The notes under the pieces are model-generated. The model was not told where the DNA came from and searched no databases. It saw only the letters and a list, made by a program, of their open reading frames with translations. Below are positions 26,321 through 37,760 of a DNA stretch of 64,000 bases, one piece after another (the first letter of the stretch is position 1; every line of letters begins with the position of its first letter). The DNA lies in the NCBI RefSeq assembly GCF_009834535.1, contig NC_045696.1, forward strand, positions 108,068,001 to 108,132,000, in the 5' to 3' direction. The position numbers were made by a program, and so were the translations under genes. The stretch comes from Camelus ferus (taxonomy: Eukaryota).

Positions 26321-26949
26321 TATTATCTAACAGCAAGCAAAAACCAAAACCAAGCAAAGCAAAACAAAAAAGGCTGATGCTGTATGCAGGCACTGAGGCA
26401 CTGGAAGGGGTTGGGGAGACGTCAGTGTGGGCCAGATCAACTAGGGAAGCCTTCTTGGAAAAAGAAACTCCGGCAGATTCAGGGCTGGGTGCCTGTGGAG
26501 GCAGCACATTGGACATTACGCCTCTCAGGCAGGGTTTTCCCCACGCTCTGGTTTTACATAAAACCCACACAGCCTTCCAGATCACCCACAACCCCGGGCC
26601 AGGCGCTGTCTTCAACGCTGAGTGCGGGCAAGCCAAGCCATCGCCCTGCGAGGCAGCTGAAATAAAATGTGTAATTGTGCTCCAAGACACCTTAATTGTT
26701 TATTAATTACTCCATAAATCATAATGACACCTGTGTTTGTGCTCCTGTTAATTCACTCTCACAAGATGGGGGATGGAAGCTCGCAGCCAAAGAATAACTG
26801 GGCTCATAGCTATGGGATGGAGGGACCCAAAATGGTCCGGGGACACCGGGGCTCACGATGCTTCTCCCTTGCCATCAGCCTCAACTGCATTTCCATCACT
26901 TCTGGCCAAGACATGCAGCTCTGAAAGGGGCTACTTATAAGGGGTACTA

Positions 26950-27160
26950 ATAATAGCACTCAAAGGAGCCTTGATGGGGCCAGGGTGGGGCTAGGCACTT
27001 CATCTTTCCATCCAGAAGCCGGTAGAGAGAGGAGTTATTGTATTCACTTTCACAGGTGGGAAACTGAGGCTCAGAGAACTTTTGTAAGTCCCAAGGGCAC
27101 TAAGCCAGGTAAGTGGCCTTGCTGGAGTTTGAACCCGGGTTTGAATGGCTCCCGAATGAT
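26950..27160 (-). mobile_element. MIR SINE
   Basis: acaggtgggaaactgaggctcagaga...ggagtttgaacccggg. Confidence 0.8.
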
Positions 27161-27879
27161 GTAGCCATCGTGGGAGAGTCAGAGAACAGCCTGCGGAGAA
27201 GGGAGCTTTCCTGCTAACTATCCCTGACGTCTCCTGTGTGTCTGTTACACTTATCCAAGGAAAGGCAAGCTATTTTCGAAACACTGATACCCATGATGCC
27301 CCTTGAGGGTCATATCTAAAATGGAAATAGAATTCATCCAGGGGTTTTGGCCTGGATATGCTGGTGCCCTGCCACTCCGACTAGTCCCTGCTGGCATCCC
27401 CCTCTAACTGACCTCCATCCCAGACAGTCACCCGCCCCTGTCCCTCGGAGCCCCTCTCTGCCCACATCTGTCTGCAAGTGCTTGGCCCTGGAGAGCACGC
27501 CGTTGCTCCAGATGGCTAATAGAACTTTATTGCTGCAATCATTCTTAATGTGACCATTCCAAAGCCCCGTCTGGAAGCTCAGCCCCTGGAAGGGGGCGGC
27601 AGTCCCTGGATGCTGGGATCAGGGCCACCGCCGGCTGGCCCTCTCCCTGGGTCTGATAGCACACTTTCACGGATGCCATGAACAGGCTCTTTAGAAGACA
27701 AGTAATGCCACAAAATCCAGTTTGAAGGTGATCCTTTTCCCCTGGGTTGAGATCAAGACTTTGGAGGAAGGGGGCGTGCCCCAGGCAGCGGCTGCAGGAG
27801 GCTGTCTGCTCTGGGTCCTGAGCAACGTGGAAGAAGGGGGCTTGTCAGGGGTCGGTGGGTAGAGAGGCCACCCCATCCA

Positions 27880-28215
27880 GTCCCTGTCGGCCCTGCTCCT
27901 CCCTTAGATCTCAGCTGCCAGAGACTTTCCCTGACCAGCCAGTCCAGGTTATTCCCTCCCTCTTTCCTCCCCCTCCCCCCACCCCCACCTCCTGCCTCTC
28001 CCTCAACCTGTTATTTTCCTTCCAAGTACTTTTCTCCATTTGTAATGATAAACTTGTTCACGGGTCTATTTACTGAATGTCTCTCTCGGACAGGAGACTA
28101 GGAGGGGGTGATGTTTGTTTTGTTCAGCAGGACACAAGATGTCAACCCAGTGCCTGGCACAGAACAAGTACCCAACCAATATTTGTTGAATGAACAAACA
28201 AACGAACGAATGAAT
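27880..28215 (+). mobile_element. L2 3' end
   Basis: cagtgcctggcacagaacaagtacccaaccaatatttgttgaatgaacaaacaaacgaacgaatgaa. Confidence 0.8.
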
Positions 28216-29821
28216 ATTATTTACCCAGCGATGGTCATTCCAGAACAATGCTCTCAGGCTCTCGTGATGGGCTTGCAAGCTGCTGATTTAAGATTGGAAG
28301 GAAGGTGGAAGGACATAAAGATGCTTTCAGAGGCCTGCAGAGTAGATTCTGGGCTTTGAAGCCTGAGGCTAAGATGCCCAACTCAGTGCCTGGCACACGA
28401 TGGACGCTGAACACATTACGCTGAACAAATGAATACATGAGAAAAGGTTAGAAAGACTAGAAAGAATGTTTCTGTGGACGGCAAGTAGGCGAGTCCGCAG
28501 GAGGAGAGCTGCCGCGTCTTCAGACAGGGAGCAGGAGAGTTTGAACGCTGCCCCCGTGTTCACGAGGTAATGTCACCACCACGGGAAGTGTGGCCTTCGC
28601 CTCCCCCGCCCGCCTTCTCCCTCCTGTGCTCTGGCCTGAGGGGAGCTGCTAATGGCTCAGCGCCTCCCAGAAGGAAGGCAGCCAGGGCGCCAGGCCATCT
28701 CTCTGGGCTCCAGGTGTGGTGGGACTGGATGGGTGGAGGATGTTCAGGTCAGAACCAGGGTGTGGAGAGGGAAACCCCGAGTCTTTGAGGAGCCGTCTGC
28801 AGAACCACCCTTCCTCAAGAACCAGAGCTTTCAGGGAGTTTAGAGGCAGGAAACCTCCCCGGCCCCCTGGACCATTCTCCCCCTGGCTGGGCCCGTTGGC
28901 AGCCTGGTTCCGGTAGGTGGGGCCTCAGTCAGACAGGAGAATCCCCGCTGGGAGTCTAGGGAACATAGGTGGGCGTGGCAGAGAACCCGCCCGGTGGGAC
29001 GTGTGGCCAGAGAAAGCCTTGGCGGAACCTGCCGGACTAGTTCTACTGTGTTCATCACCATGGCTGCTGTGGGGGCGGGGGAGGCCTCAAGAGGAGGGGA
29101 GGCACTTGACCTGATCCCTAGAGGACCCACAGAGGGTCAGAGGGGCAGGGAGCTTGGATGGGGAGAGCAGACTGTGGTGAGGACGGGCTGGAGGAGGGGG
29201 ACCCAGGGGCTCGGGAGGAAGGAGGCAGAGAGAAGACTCATTAAGAAGAGGCCTTTTGTGCCCGAGGAAGGGCTGTGGAGATGGCCTGTGATTCCAGAAG
29301 CCTGGAACTATGCAGTCCTCCCTGCAGGCTGGACATGCACGACCATGAAGATGAAGGTGTAAAGCAGGCACTGAGGACCGAGGCGGGGAGGGGATGGTGA
29401 GAGCCTGCGGCCAGGACAAACTCCACACACCCTGCCGAGAGGATGCGGAGATGTGAACTGAGGCTGCAGGTTCAAAAGCCAGAAAAAGAATCCCACAATC
29501 AAGAACAAGACATCTGGTTTATGAAAACTTAGGAAAGATGTTGCAATCATTTGAACTTATATGGATTCACTGAGTTGTGTCAAATTAGCCTCATCCTTGG
29601 GTCAGATCTTGTCATGCCATCTTCTAGATAGGTCAGAAAAATGACGTCCCTGTGTGATCCTGTCTTGGGCAAGTCAGAGACCTTGCAGTCTCGTGTTACA
29701 TCTGTGATGAAGGTGATAAAATGCGCGCTGGACAGAAAATGTGCGGGAGCCATGATGGTTGAAGCCAGGCAGTGCACAGTTAAGGGTGATCGTGTAATTT
29801 ATCATCTAAATGGGTTCACTT

Positions 29822-29973
29822 TTGCATTGCTGTTGCTCATCTGCAATTTAATATTTTTTGGGGGCTGGAGGTAATTAGGTTTATTTATTTATTAATGGAG
29901 GTACTGGGGATTGAACCCAGGACCTTGTGCATGCTGAGTGTGTGCTCTACCACTGAGCTATACCCTCCTGCCT
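29822..29973 (-). mobile_element. vic-1-type SINE
   Basis: ggaggtactggggattgaacccaggacc...ctctaccactgagctataccctcc; exact 15-bp TSD taaatgggttcactt at 29807 and 29974. Confidence 0.93.
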
Positions 29974-30004
29974 TAAATGGGTTCACTTCTGAAAGCAAAA
30001 GAGA

Positions 30005-30388
30005 ACTTGAGTCAGCTGGTCCTCTGGGAAGCAGACACTGAGGACTTAGGAGGTCCTTTCCTGGGAAGGACCACTTGTGGAAGGAAAAAGGAAGAGGGTG
30101 TAGGATTAGCTATAGGGAGCAGTGAAACCATGATGCAGACCTGCCAGCGTCTGTCAGTCTAAGAAGGAGACAGTATTGACCATTAGGAGGGTCCTGTGTT
30201 GAATGGAGATTGGCCGGGCCTTTGTCCCACCGCCTTGCTCAGTCACCAGCCAGAATTTGGGCTCAAAAGCTGACATAGTCCTGAGGACAGAACAGATGTA
30301 GGCTGTCAGGTAACCACGCTCTTTGCAGGGGGACAGTGAGTCCTTCTGGGAGTGGGCATCTGAGTAGCATGGTTTCGTGTTTGGCCCA
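30005..30388 (-). mobile_element. LTR16-like ERVL solo LTR
   Basis: gggaagcagacactgag, acttgtggaagga, ggccgggcctttgtcccaccgccttgctcagtca. Confidence 0.7.
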
Positions 30389-30564
30389 GGGCACTGTTAA
30401 CAACTATGCTGGGACCACAGGGGTAAACCAGGACTGTTCCTCTAAAATCAGGACATCGGCCACTGCACTTCCAGAGAACTTTTATAGGATTCAATTTTTG
30501 ACTCTATCTTATTCTATCCTGGTCCTTTTCTGTTAATTTTTTTTTCTTTGTCTTGAATAAACTA

Positions 30565-30920
30565 GCTACCATTCACTGAACTTGTTTATATGCCAGGCAT
30601 GAGTTTAGCACTTTACATAAATTCATCCATTTACTCTCCTAATGAGCTCATGAGATAGATACTATTATATTTATCATATACTTTATACTTTATTATAATT
30701 AAATACCTCTATATAATATAAACCTATATACTATATACTTAAATTATGTGCTTATATTGTTATAATATACTGATATTATAATATCACCCATTTTACTGGT
30801 GAGAAAACTGATGCACAGGGAAGCTATGTGGCTTGATCAAGTTCATACATCAGATAATCAAGCGGCAGAACTGGGCTTTAAAACAAGAGAGTTTGCCTCC
30901 AGGGCTAGACTCTTGAATAC
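30565..30920 (-). mobile_element. MIR SINE with internal AT-rich expansion (30660-30785)
   Basis: tatgccaggca...cccattttactggtgagaaaactga; low-complexity TA block inside. Confidence 0.75.
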
Positions 30921-31083
30921 TTCACTATTTGTAGGATTTAGAGCTAGCAGGGACTTTAGCGTTCATCTTGTTGAGATCCGGAGAAGTTACAGAACTTTCC
31001 CATAGCCATGCCGAAGGTTAGGTGTCATGTCTAGCTCCCCAGCTCCTGAGCCTAGGCTTTCTTCCCTGCTGCAGGCCTCAGAC

Positions 31084-31478
31084 ATGCTTATTGAATTTGT
31101 GGATAATAGAAAGTTGGAAAGGAAGATTCTACAATTGAAGATACAATAGTAGTTCAAAGTGATTTTGACAGGTTAAAATGTGGGGTTGAAACCAATAAGA
31201 TGAAAGTTAATAGAGAAGTATGTAAGCTTTTATACTTAGGTTTGAAAGCATCAATTGCACAAGTGCCAGGTGGGGAAGACCTTGTCTGAAGGCAGTTTGC
31301 TGGTAATAAGATCAATAAGAGGTGATAAGAAGTGAGAATGAAGGGACACGATTTTAGGCTGCCTTAATAAGATGGCGTTCAGCTCCCAGGAAGTGAGGGT
31401 CCTCCCTCTGGACCCTTTTACTCTTACCTGGGAAGCAGAGTATTGAGCTCTCTTCTGGCCACCATGTTTTAACAGAGA
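31084..31478 (+). mobile_element. CR1/L3 LINE RT fossil
   Basis: MLIEFVDNRKLE (cf. MLIKFADDTKLG), QSDFDRLK, NKMKVNREVCKLLYLG, ILGCLNK in order. Confidence 0.85.
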
Positions 31479-31930
31479 TGGAGTGGACTGTATTTTGTCC
31501 CTCAACAGATATATCCAAGTCCTTATGTCTAGTATTTATGAAGGTGACCTTACTTGGAAATAGGGTCTTTGTAGATGTAATTAACTCAAGAATCTTAGAC
31601 AACATCATCCTGGATTTAGAGTGAGCTCTAAATCCAATGACTAGTGTCCTTATAAGAGAAAGAAAAGGATGCTTTGAGAGGCAGACAAATGAAGAAGGCC
31701 ATATGAGGAGCGGGGCAGGGACTGGAGTTATGCCACCACATCCAAGAAATGCCAGGAGGCACCAGAACTGGAAAAAGCCAGGAAGGTTCCCCCTAGAGCC
31801 TTCGGATGGTGTGTGGCCTGGCAGACACCTTGACTTTGGACTTCTGGCTTCCAGAACAGTGAGATAATACATTTGTCGTTTAAAGCCACCTTGTTTGTGT
31901 AATTTACAGCAGCCCCAGGAAACTAATACA
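31479..31930 (+). mobile_element. MaLR solo LTR (MLT1B/C-like)
   Basis: gtgaccttacttggaaatagggtctttgtagatgtaatta...ggacttctggcttccagaac...ggaaactaataca. Confidence 0.92.
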
Positions 31931-32724
31931 GAGACCAGGTCAAGACCCTGGAAAAGGGGGCCTTAAGGAGAGCTCCTAAGCCTGCGCGTGGAGAGGGTGA
32001 GAGGCGCTGGGTGGAGGAGGGCCAGGGGGCCATTCACTGACACTGCTGCTCGCTCAGAGTTGCCAGGTGCTGGGCTAGTGGGGCCACCTGCAGGCCACCC
32101 TCAGAAATCCTACAGAGCCTGGGAGTCTGAGCTCAGCGCTGGCCTCACCAGAAAGCATGATTAAGTTAAAGATAGCTGTCATTGTCAGCTTCCCTCAAAG
32201 TAACATGGAAACCTCCCCGTCGCCCATCCAATGGCCTTTTGATTTGTCATCACCCTGAGCAGTGACAGAGCCCCCTGGGGCTTGGCAGAGCGCATCCAAG
32301 GCCTCTCTTGGAAACTCCACAATACAGGAGGGGGTGGTCCTTTAGGGGGCTGCAGTTCCCAGGTAAGGGGAATGGAGCAAGTTCCCCGGGGATTTGGGTT
32401 GCCCATTTTGGGTGATGTCTTCTTAAACCTTTGTCTTACTATGGCTTTGGGACACCGTCTTGCCTGGTTTGGATGACCCGATTGACTCACTGAGACAGTG
32501 AACACCAAGGGTAGGTAGAACTTGGGGGAAGGTGGACAGGGCAAGGTCAATTTGGGAAGCATTGAGCTGGAGGCTTGGGTAGGGTCTTCAACTGGGAATC
32601 CTCCTTACAGGCTAGGAGCTCAAGATTCAGGGGGACTACATGTGTGGTGAGTGTTACTGACATACAGGTGGCAGTTACAGCTGACAGTCCAAGGAGACTG
32701 GGAAGGCAGACCCTCCTTACAGGC

Positions 32725-33197
32725 CTCCAAATGTGTTTGTAGACCAGCAGCACTGGCATCTCTTTATTAGAAACGCAGAATCTTGGGCCCCATCCAGGCC
32801 GGTAGCATCACATTCTGCACTTTAACGAGGCCCCAGGGGGTGCGTTTGCACATTAAAGCCAGGAAAACGCTGCTCTAGGCCAGTGGTTGTCTCTCAACCA
32901 TCTGTGCTCTTTAGAATCCCTTGTCCTCAGGCTCTGATTCAATTGGCCTGTGTGTGGCCCAGGCCTTATTTATTTATTTAAACAGCTTCCTAGGTGATTC
33001 TTTTGTGCAGCCATGGTTGGTATGAATCAGTCCTCAAATTTGAATGAGCACCAGAATCACCTGGAGGGCTTGTAAGCAGACTGCTGGGCCCCGCACCCCT
33101 AGAGTTTCTGGTTCAGCAGGCCTGGTGGGGAGCCTCTAACTTCTTTCTAACAAGCTCCCTGTTGCTGGTTCCAGGCCCACACTTTGAGAACCACCAG
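32725..33197. mobile_element. three adjacent MER5A/B-type MITEs
   Basis: gaccagcagcactggcatc..tagaaacgcagaatct; ctctgattcaattgg..ggtgattct; cagaatcacctggagggcttg..cacactttgagaaccac. Confidence 0.8.
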
Positions 33198-33296
33198 CTA
33201 GGCTAGAATCCTAAGGAAAACGAAAAGTCAGAGGTCAGTAAAGGAAGAAAGGAAAGAGGAGAGGTTCCAGATGTGGGAGGCAAACCAGGAAAGTGG

Positions 33297-34941
33297 TGTG
33301 GATGAAAAAAATTTAGTCAAGAGTCAATTTAAGAAAGATATTTTATTGGCGCCAACCTGAGGATTGTAACCTGGGAGACCATCTGAGAGAGCTCTAAGAG
33401 CGGTTCTGAAAAGCTGGGGGAAGCCAGCATATCTGAATTTGGAGAAGGGTTTCATGCAATCAAGTGATACAGGAAAAATAAATGTCAGGTGAGAGGAGGG
33501 CCCCCATGAGTCCCTGGGATATGCCCCACCAAGTGTGGGTACTTGGCTTCACACAGGAAAGAATTCAAGAGCGAGCCACAGTTGACCAAAGGTAGATTTA
33601 TTCAGAGATACACATTCCATAGAGTGCAGGCTGTTTCAGAAGGTAAGAGAAAGGCCATGAGGTGTGGGCGACGGGTGCTCAATAGATACACACTCCATAG
33701 ACAGAGTGCAGGCTGTCTCAGAAGATGAAGGAGCGAGAGGCGACAGGCGCGGTGTTGCTAGTTTTTATGGGCTGGGTAGCTTCATATGCTAACAAGTAGG
33801 AGGATTATTCCAACTCCTTTTTGGGGAAGGGGCTGGGATTCCCAGGAATTGGGCCATCCCCTAATTTTTGACCTTTTATGAATCAGCCTGAAGCTGTCAT
33901 GTTGCCTGTGGGAGTGTCATTTGCCATGTTAGTATATTACAATGAGTGTATAATGAAGCTGAAGTTCTGCTAGAAGTCAAATCTCCCGCCATCTTGACAC
34001 CCAAAGTCTGTTGGGAGTTGAATTTTCCACCATTTTGGTGTTACTTGCTGTGTCATTCCTTCAGTGGCCATGCCCTGCCCCCATCCTTCCTGTCTCACAA
34101 GCAGACACCTTGGTAGAAGTCTACTGCTATCCACGAGGAACAGGTATCTTTGTTAATGGCTTTAGTTCTTTTCTAAGTATGGGGAGTTGCAAGAAACTGA
34201 GTTCATATTTGTCGATAAGCAACTTGATGTGCTATTACAGGACTAGGCTCTGCTAACAGGAGCCAAAACGCTCTGGACCCCCTGTCTTACTAGTCCATTA
34301 TGGTCCAGGAAATGGCTCCCTCTTGTTCTTCCCAGATCTAAAGTTACACTATTACAGCCATTGATCTTACAGAACTATACATTTGGTCAATTGTTGCAAG
34401 TCACCTAGACATCATTCATTTTACTGGAGGCTCCCTCACCCATTTGGTAATGCCGGAAACAATAATCTTGTAAAAACAGGCAGGACACAAGTAATATAGC
34501 AAGTCACATTAACAAGGTCATAAGGAAGTATTTAAACTAAGAACTTCCATTAGGTGAGGCCCAGTATCTCCCCAGGCCATCCGACTCAGTCTGTTCCGCA
34601 CCAACCTCCATCTTTAAAGGAAATGATAAATCGGCATTGTCCATCAAGTTCACTGAAAGATGGTCTGCACGTACAAGGTGAGTGGTGGGTCATCGTGACC
34701 CCTTACAGGATCGAGAAAGGAATGTTATCATCTGAAGAGTTACAACACGGCTGGTGCCAGACGAGGAAAAATTGATCTTTATGGTTGAGCAGGTATTTCT
34801 GCCATTGGGGAGTTTGATCAATAAAAAGTGCAGATACATTGTGCCCTCGAGCGGGGAGGGAGGAGGCCCGAACGGGCAGAGAAGAATTTTATGTCTGAAG
34901 TTTTCTTCTCTTGCCTTAAAATAGGAGTTTTTATTTCCTCA
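33297..34941 (-). mobile_element. ERV solo LTR (outer, ~1.0 kb without insert), probably ERV1 class
   Basis: TG...CA ends with imperfect inverted termini (tgtggatgaaaaaa / tttttatttcctca); 4-bp TSD gtgg at 33293 and 34942; minus-strand AATAAA near 33345. Confidence 0.75.
33465..34097 (-). mobile_element. ERV solo LTR (inner, 633 bp), probably ERV1 class
   Basis: ends tgatacagga / tcctgtctca; 4-bp TSD caag at 33461 and 34098; minus-strand CATAAAAA (~33765) and AATAAA (~33600). Confidence 0.85.
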
Positions 34942-35389
34942 GTGGGTTTTTCCTGTGCTTTCCACCAGATTATTAACCCCTGGTTTTACTGCATCCTGTT
35001 CCTGCCTCCTGATTTGGTGACGTCTAACAGTGCCCCTGATTCTCAACAACCACTGCTTGGAAATTTTCTGTCTATCTGCTCCTTCACACCAGCCTCCCCT
35101 GCATTTGGGGTAAAGGCCAGACTCCTCGGCTCACTCAGAGCACAAGGCCCTGTGCACAGGGGCAGGGCCGCCGGCCTCCTTCCCGCCTGTCTCAGGGGCC
35201 CCTTCTCTCCGGGCATCATAACCTACTTGGGGATCCTCCATTAATTTTGTTCTCTTGGACTCCCCAGCTTCTGCTCTGAGTCTGAGGCCTCCTCCTCTTC
35301 CTCATTTCACGGCTCCTACTCAGCAAGATTAGATTAGAATTCCCTCAGGGAAGGAGTCTCTTTTTATTTATTTATTCTTTATCTCTTTC

Positions 35390-35700
35390 CACTCCACCCT
35401 TAGCTACCTCCAACTTCTGGCTCAGTTCAAACCTTAGCTCCCTCCCCCAAGTCTACCCTGAATCCCCGAGGCTAGGGTAGCCCCCTCCCACGTTCCTACT
35501 TTGGGACAATGCGCACCTCGTCACTTCACAGCGGTTGATTTAATTATCCACCTCCCTCACTACAGGTGGACTTTCTTCCAACAGAGAACCAGGACGTATC
35601 TGATTTTTGTACCCCAAGCTCCCAGCACAATGCCGGCTCAGAGCAGGCACCCAATACTTGTTTGTTGAATGAAGAGACGGAGGAATCAGTGCATGAATGG
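35390..35700 (+). mobile_element. L2 3' end
   Basis: cccagcacaatgccggctcagagcaggcacccaatacttgtttgttgaatgaa. Confidence 0.7.
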
Positions 35701-36689
35701 TTATGAATGCAGACACACTTGAGAACCAGGGCCCCCTTCCTCCAGCCCAGAGTATCAGCGGCACCCTTTCTGGATGTGGTCTGCTCCTTCCCCAGAAGGG
35801 ATACCAAGGGCCCCCCTCCAGTCGCGGATCCCTGGGAGAGCACCAGCTGGTCATTTCTGCAATAGGTGGCTGGTGTCTTCATCTCCTTGGCCGGAAATGT
35901 GACCACCTCTTTCCAGACAAAAGTCACAGGGAACGTGTGCTCTCTTCACGTGGACAATTCCTACCTTCTGAATGGGGAGCCGGTAACGTGAAGTGCAGAA
36001 GGTGGAAGTGTCTCCTTTCAGTTCCTGTGGGTTTTCTGGGCTCCAAGGATCCAACCCACACAGGTTTTGAGAGGGGAGCTCAGCCTTCCAGCACCACCAG
36101 GTGGCCACGAGTCAGCAGCTCCCCAGGCCTCGGGCTTCACAGAATGTGGTGGCTTGAGCCAGCTCTGAACCCGGCAGCCTCCTGACGGGCTCCTCAACAC
36201 GCCCAGGGGAGGAAACTGCCTGGAGAGGGATGGGGAAGGAGGATGGCAGAGAGCCTCCAGAGGTCGCCATCCTGCCTCACTGTCCCCATCCTCACCACTG
36301 CCATGGCAGTTCTTCTCTGTTTCACAAGAGCTTCCACACCCTCTCTTTCTTTCCTACTAAGAGGCTCAGAAGGATGGAAGTGGGGAGTGGTCAAATCCCC
36401 TCAGCTCGAGATGGGGGACCCGTGGGCCAGAGTGTGGGTTTAACTTGCACAAAGTCCCAGAGCGGCTCAGGGTGCAGTGGGATTTGAACCCAGCCTGGTC
36501 TGCCTCCAGCCTCTTCACCCTCTTCAACATGCTGCCTCTAAAATAACGTTAAAATACGTAGAAACCACACAGGGTGCAAGTGTGAATTATTCCTTCTGTG
36601 GAAGTGCAAAATAGCCCAGTGGTGACGGGAACTTGGCAGGACAGAGCGGGATGAGTCAGGGCCGCCTTTCTGACGTAGGGGGGCTGTTC

Positions 36690-36812
36690 TGTGGGGCTGA
36701 GGGCGGGCAGGGTGGGCGGGGAGCGAGGGGGCAGGGCCTGCAGGGGGACAACCACAGGCCTGGGGCGGGGCATCGCTGTGGGGGGCTGTGGGCGGGGCCG
36801 GAGGCCCCGGCA
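36690..36812. promoter_or_regulatory. GC-box cluster / G-quadruplex-capable tract
   Basis: four GGGCGG (~36701, 36714, 36763, 36790); GGGCGGGCAGGGTGGGCGGGG at 36701-36721; function is inferred only. Confidence 0.4.
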
Positions 36813-36864
36813 AGACAGAACTGGAGAGGGCTTGTCCTGGTTAACGTGTCTCCAGGGCCAGAGC

Positions 36865-37135
36865 TGTGTATGTGTGTGTGTGTGTGTGTGTGTGGTACTT
36901 GTGTGTGTGTGGTGTACATGTGTGAGTGTGTGTGTATACGGGTCCGTGGGGGTGTGTGTGCATGGTCTGTGTGTATGTGATGTGTGAGTGTGAGTCTGAG
37001 GGTGTGTATAAGGGGTCTGAGTGGATGTGTCTATGGTTTGTGTGTGTATGTGAGTGGGGGGAGTGGGGGGGCCATGGGTGTGTGTGGTGTTTGTGGGTGG
37101 GGGAGTGTGTGACGTGTGATGTTTGTGTGTATGTT
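36865..37135. repeat. degenerate (TG)n tract
   Basis: directly visible; explains the H/T- and C/V-rich ORFs here. Confidence 0.95.
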
Positions 37136-37279
37136 TAGGTAGGGTACTTGGCACATCAGAAAATCGCGAGTTGCAGGTCCCTAGTATCCTGTCTTTGCTT
37201 ACCTGTGGATAGGCCCTGCCCACTCCCCTTGCCCTCAACACCCCCTGCCCAGTGCTAACCCTTTTCATTTCAGATTTAT

Positions 37280-37760
37280 AGGATCATGGAATTTATTTAA
37301 CCGAGTTAAGTAAAAACGCACATCTTAACACACGTAAAGCAGAGCCGGGTGCAGCTGCGTGAAGAACTCAGACAGTGCTGATGCGATGCGGGCTTTCTGT
37401 CTCCCAGCTCTGTCCCCCTTGCTGTGGATCACATGCAGGCTCTGTCTGTGCGGGGGTTTCTAGGAGGATATGCCCAGGTTTATACCCTCCCAGCGTCAAG
37501 CCCGGTAGAATGAGGACTTCTCTGTACCTATAATTTTCACGCAAAACCCAAACTGAATCTCAGTGGCTGGGTTTGGGTCACGTGTCCATCTCTGAACCAA
37601 TAACTTTGGCCTTGGGATAGGAAGCTCTGGTTGGCTGCCCAGGTCACATGCTCACTCGCAGCCAGTTGTGTGAGGTCAGGTGCCCCTGAAGGTAGACCAG
37701 TTCCCAAAGGACCTTTGGGCTGCTGCTGCCAGAGGGGCCAGTCAGGCTGAGCAGATATAG
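37280..37760 (-). mobile_element. MaLR LTR (MLT1K-like)
   Basis: tttgggtcacgtgtccatctctgaaccaataactttggcc...ccaggtcacatgctcac. Confidence 0.65.

Larger units (their letters stand above)
29782..30468. mobile_element. MER81 hAT-Blackjack MITE split by two later insertions
   Basis: 5' part agggtgatcgtgtaatttatcatctaaatgggttcactt; 3' part gggcactgttaacaactatgctgggaccacaggggtaaaccaggactgt from ~30388. Confidence 0.75.

Noticed and set aside
31354..31872. 172-aa ORF
   Set aside because: Antisense reading of an MLT1 LTR, a common spurious ORF.
36549..37268. Longest ORF, 239 aa, His/Thr-rich
   Set aside because: Translation of the (TG)n tract.
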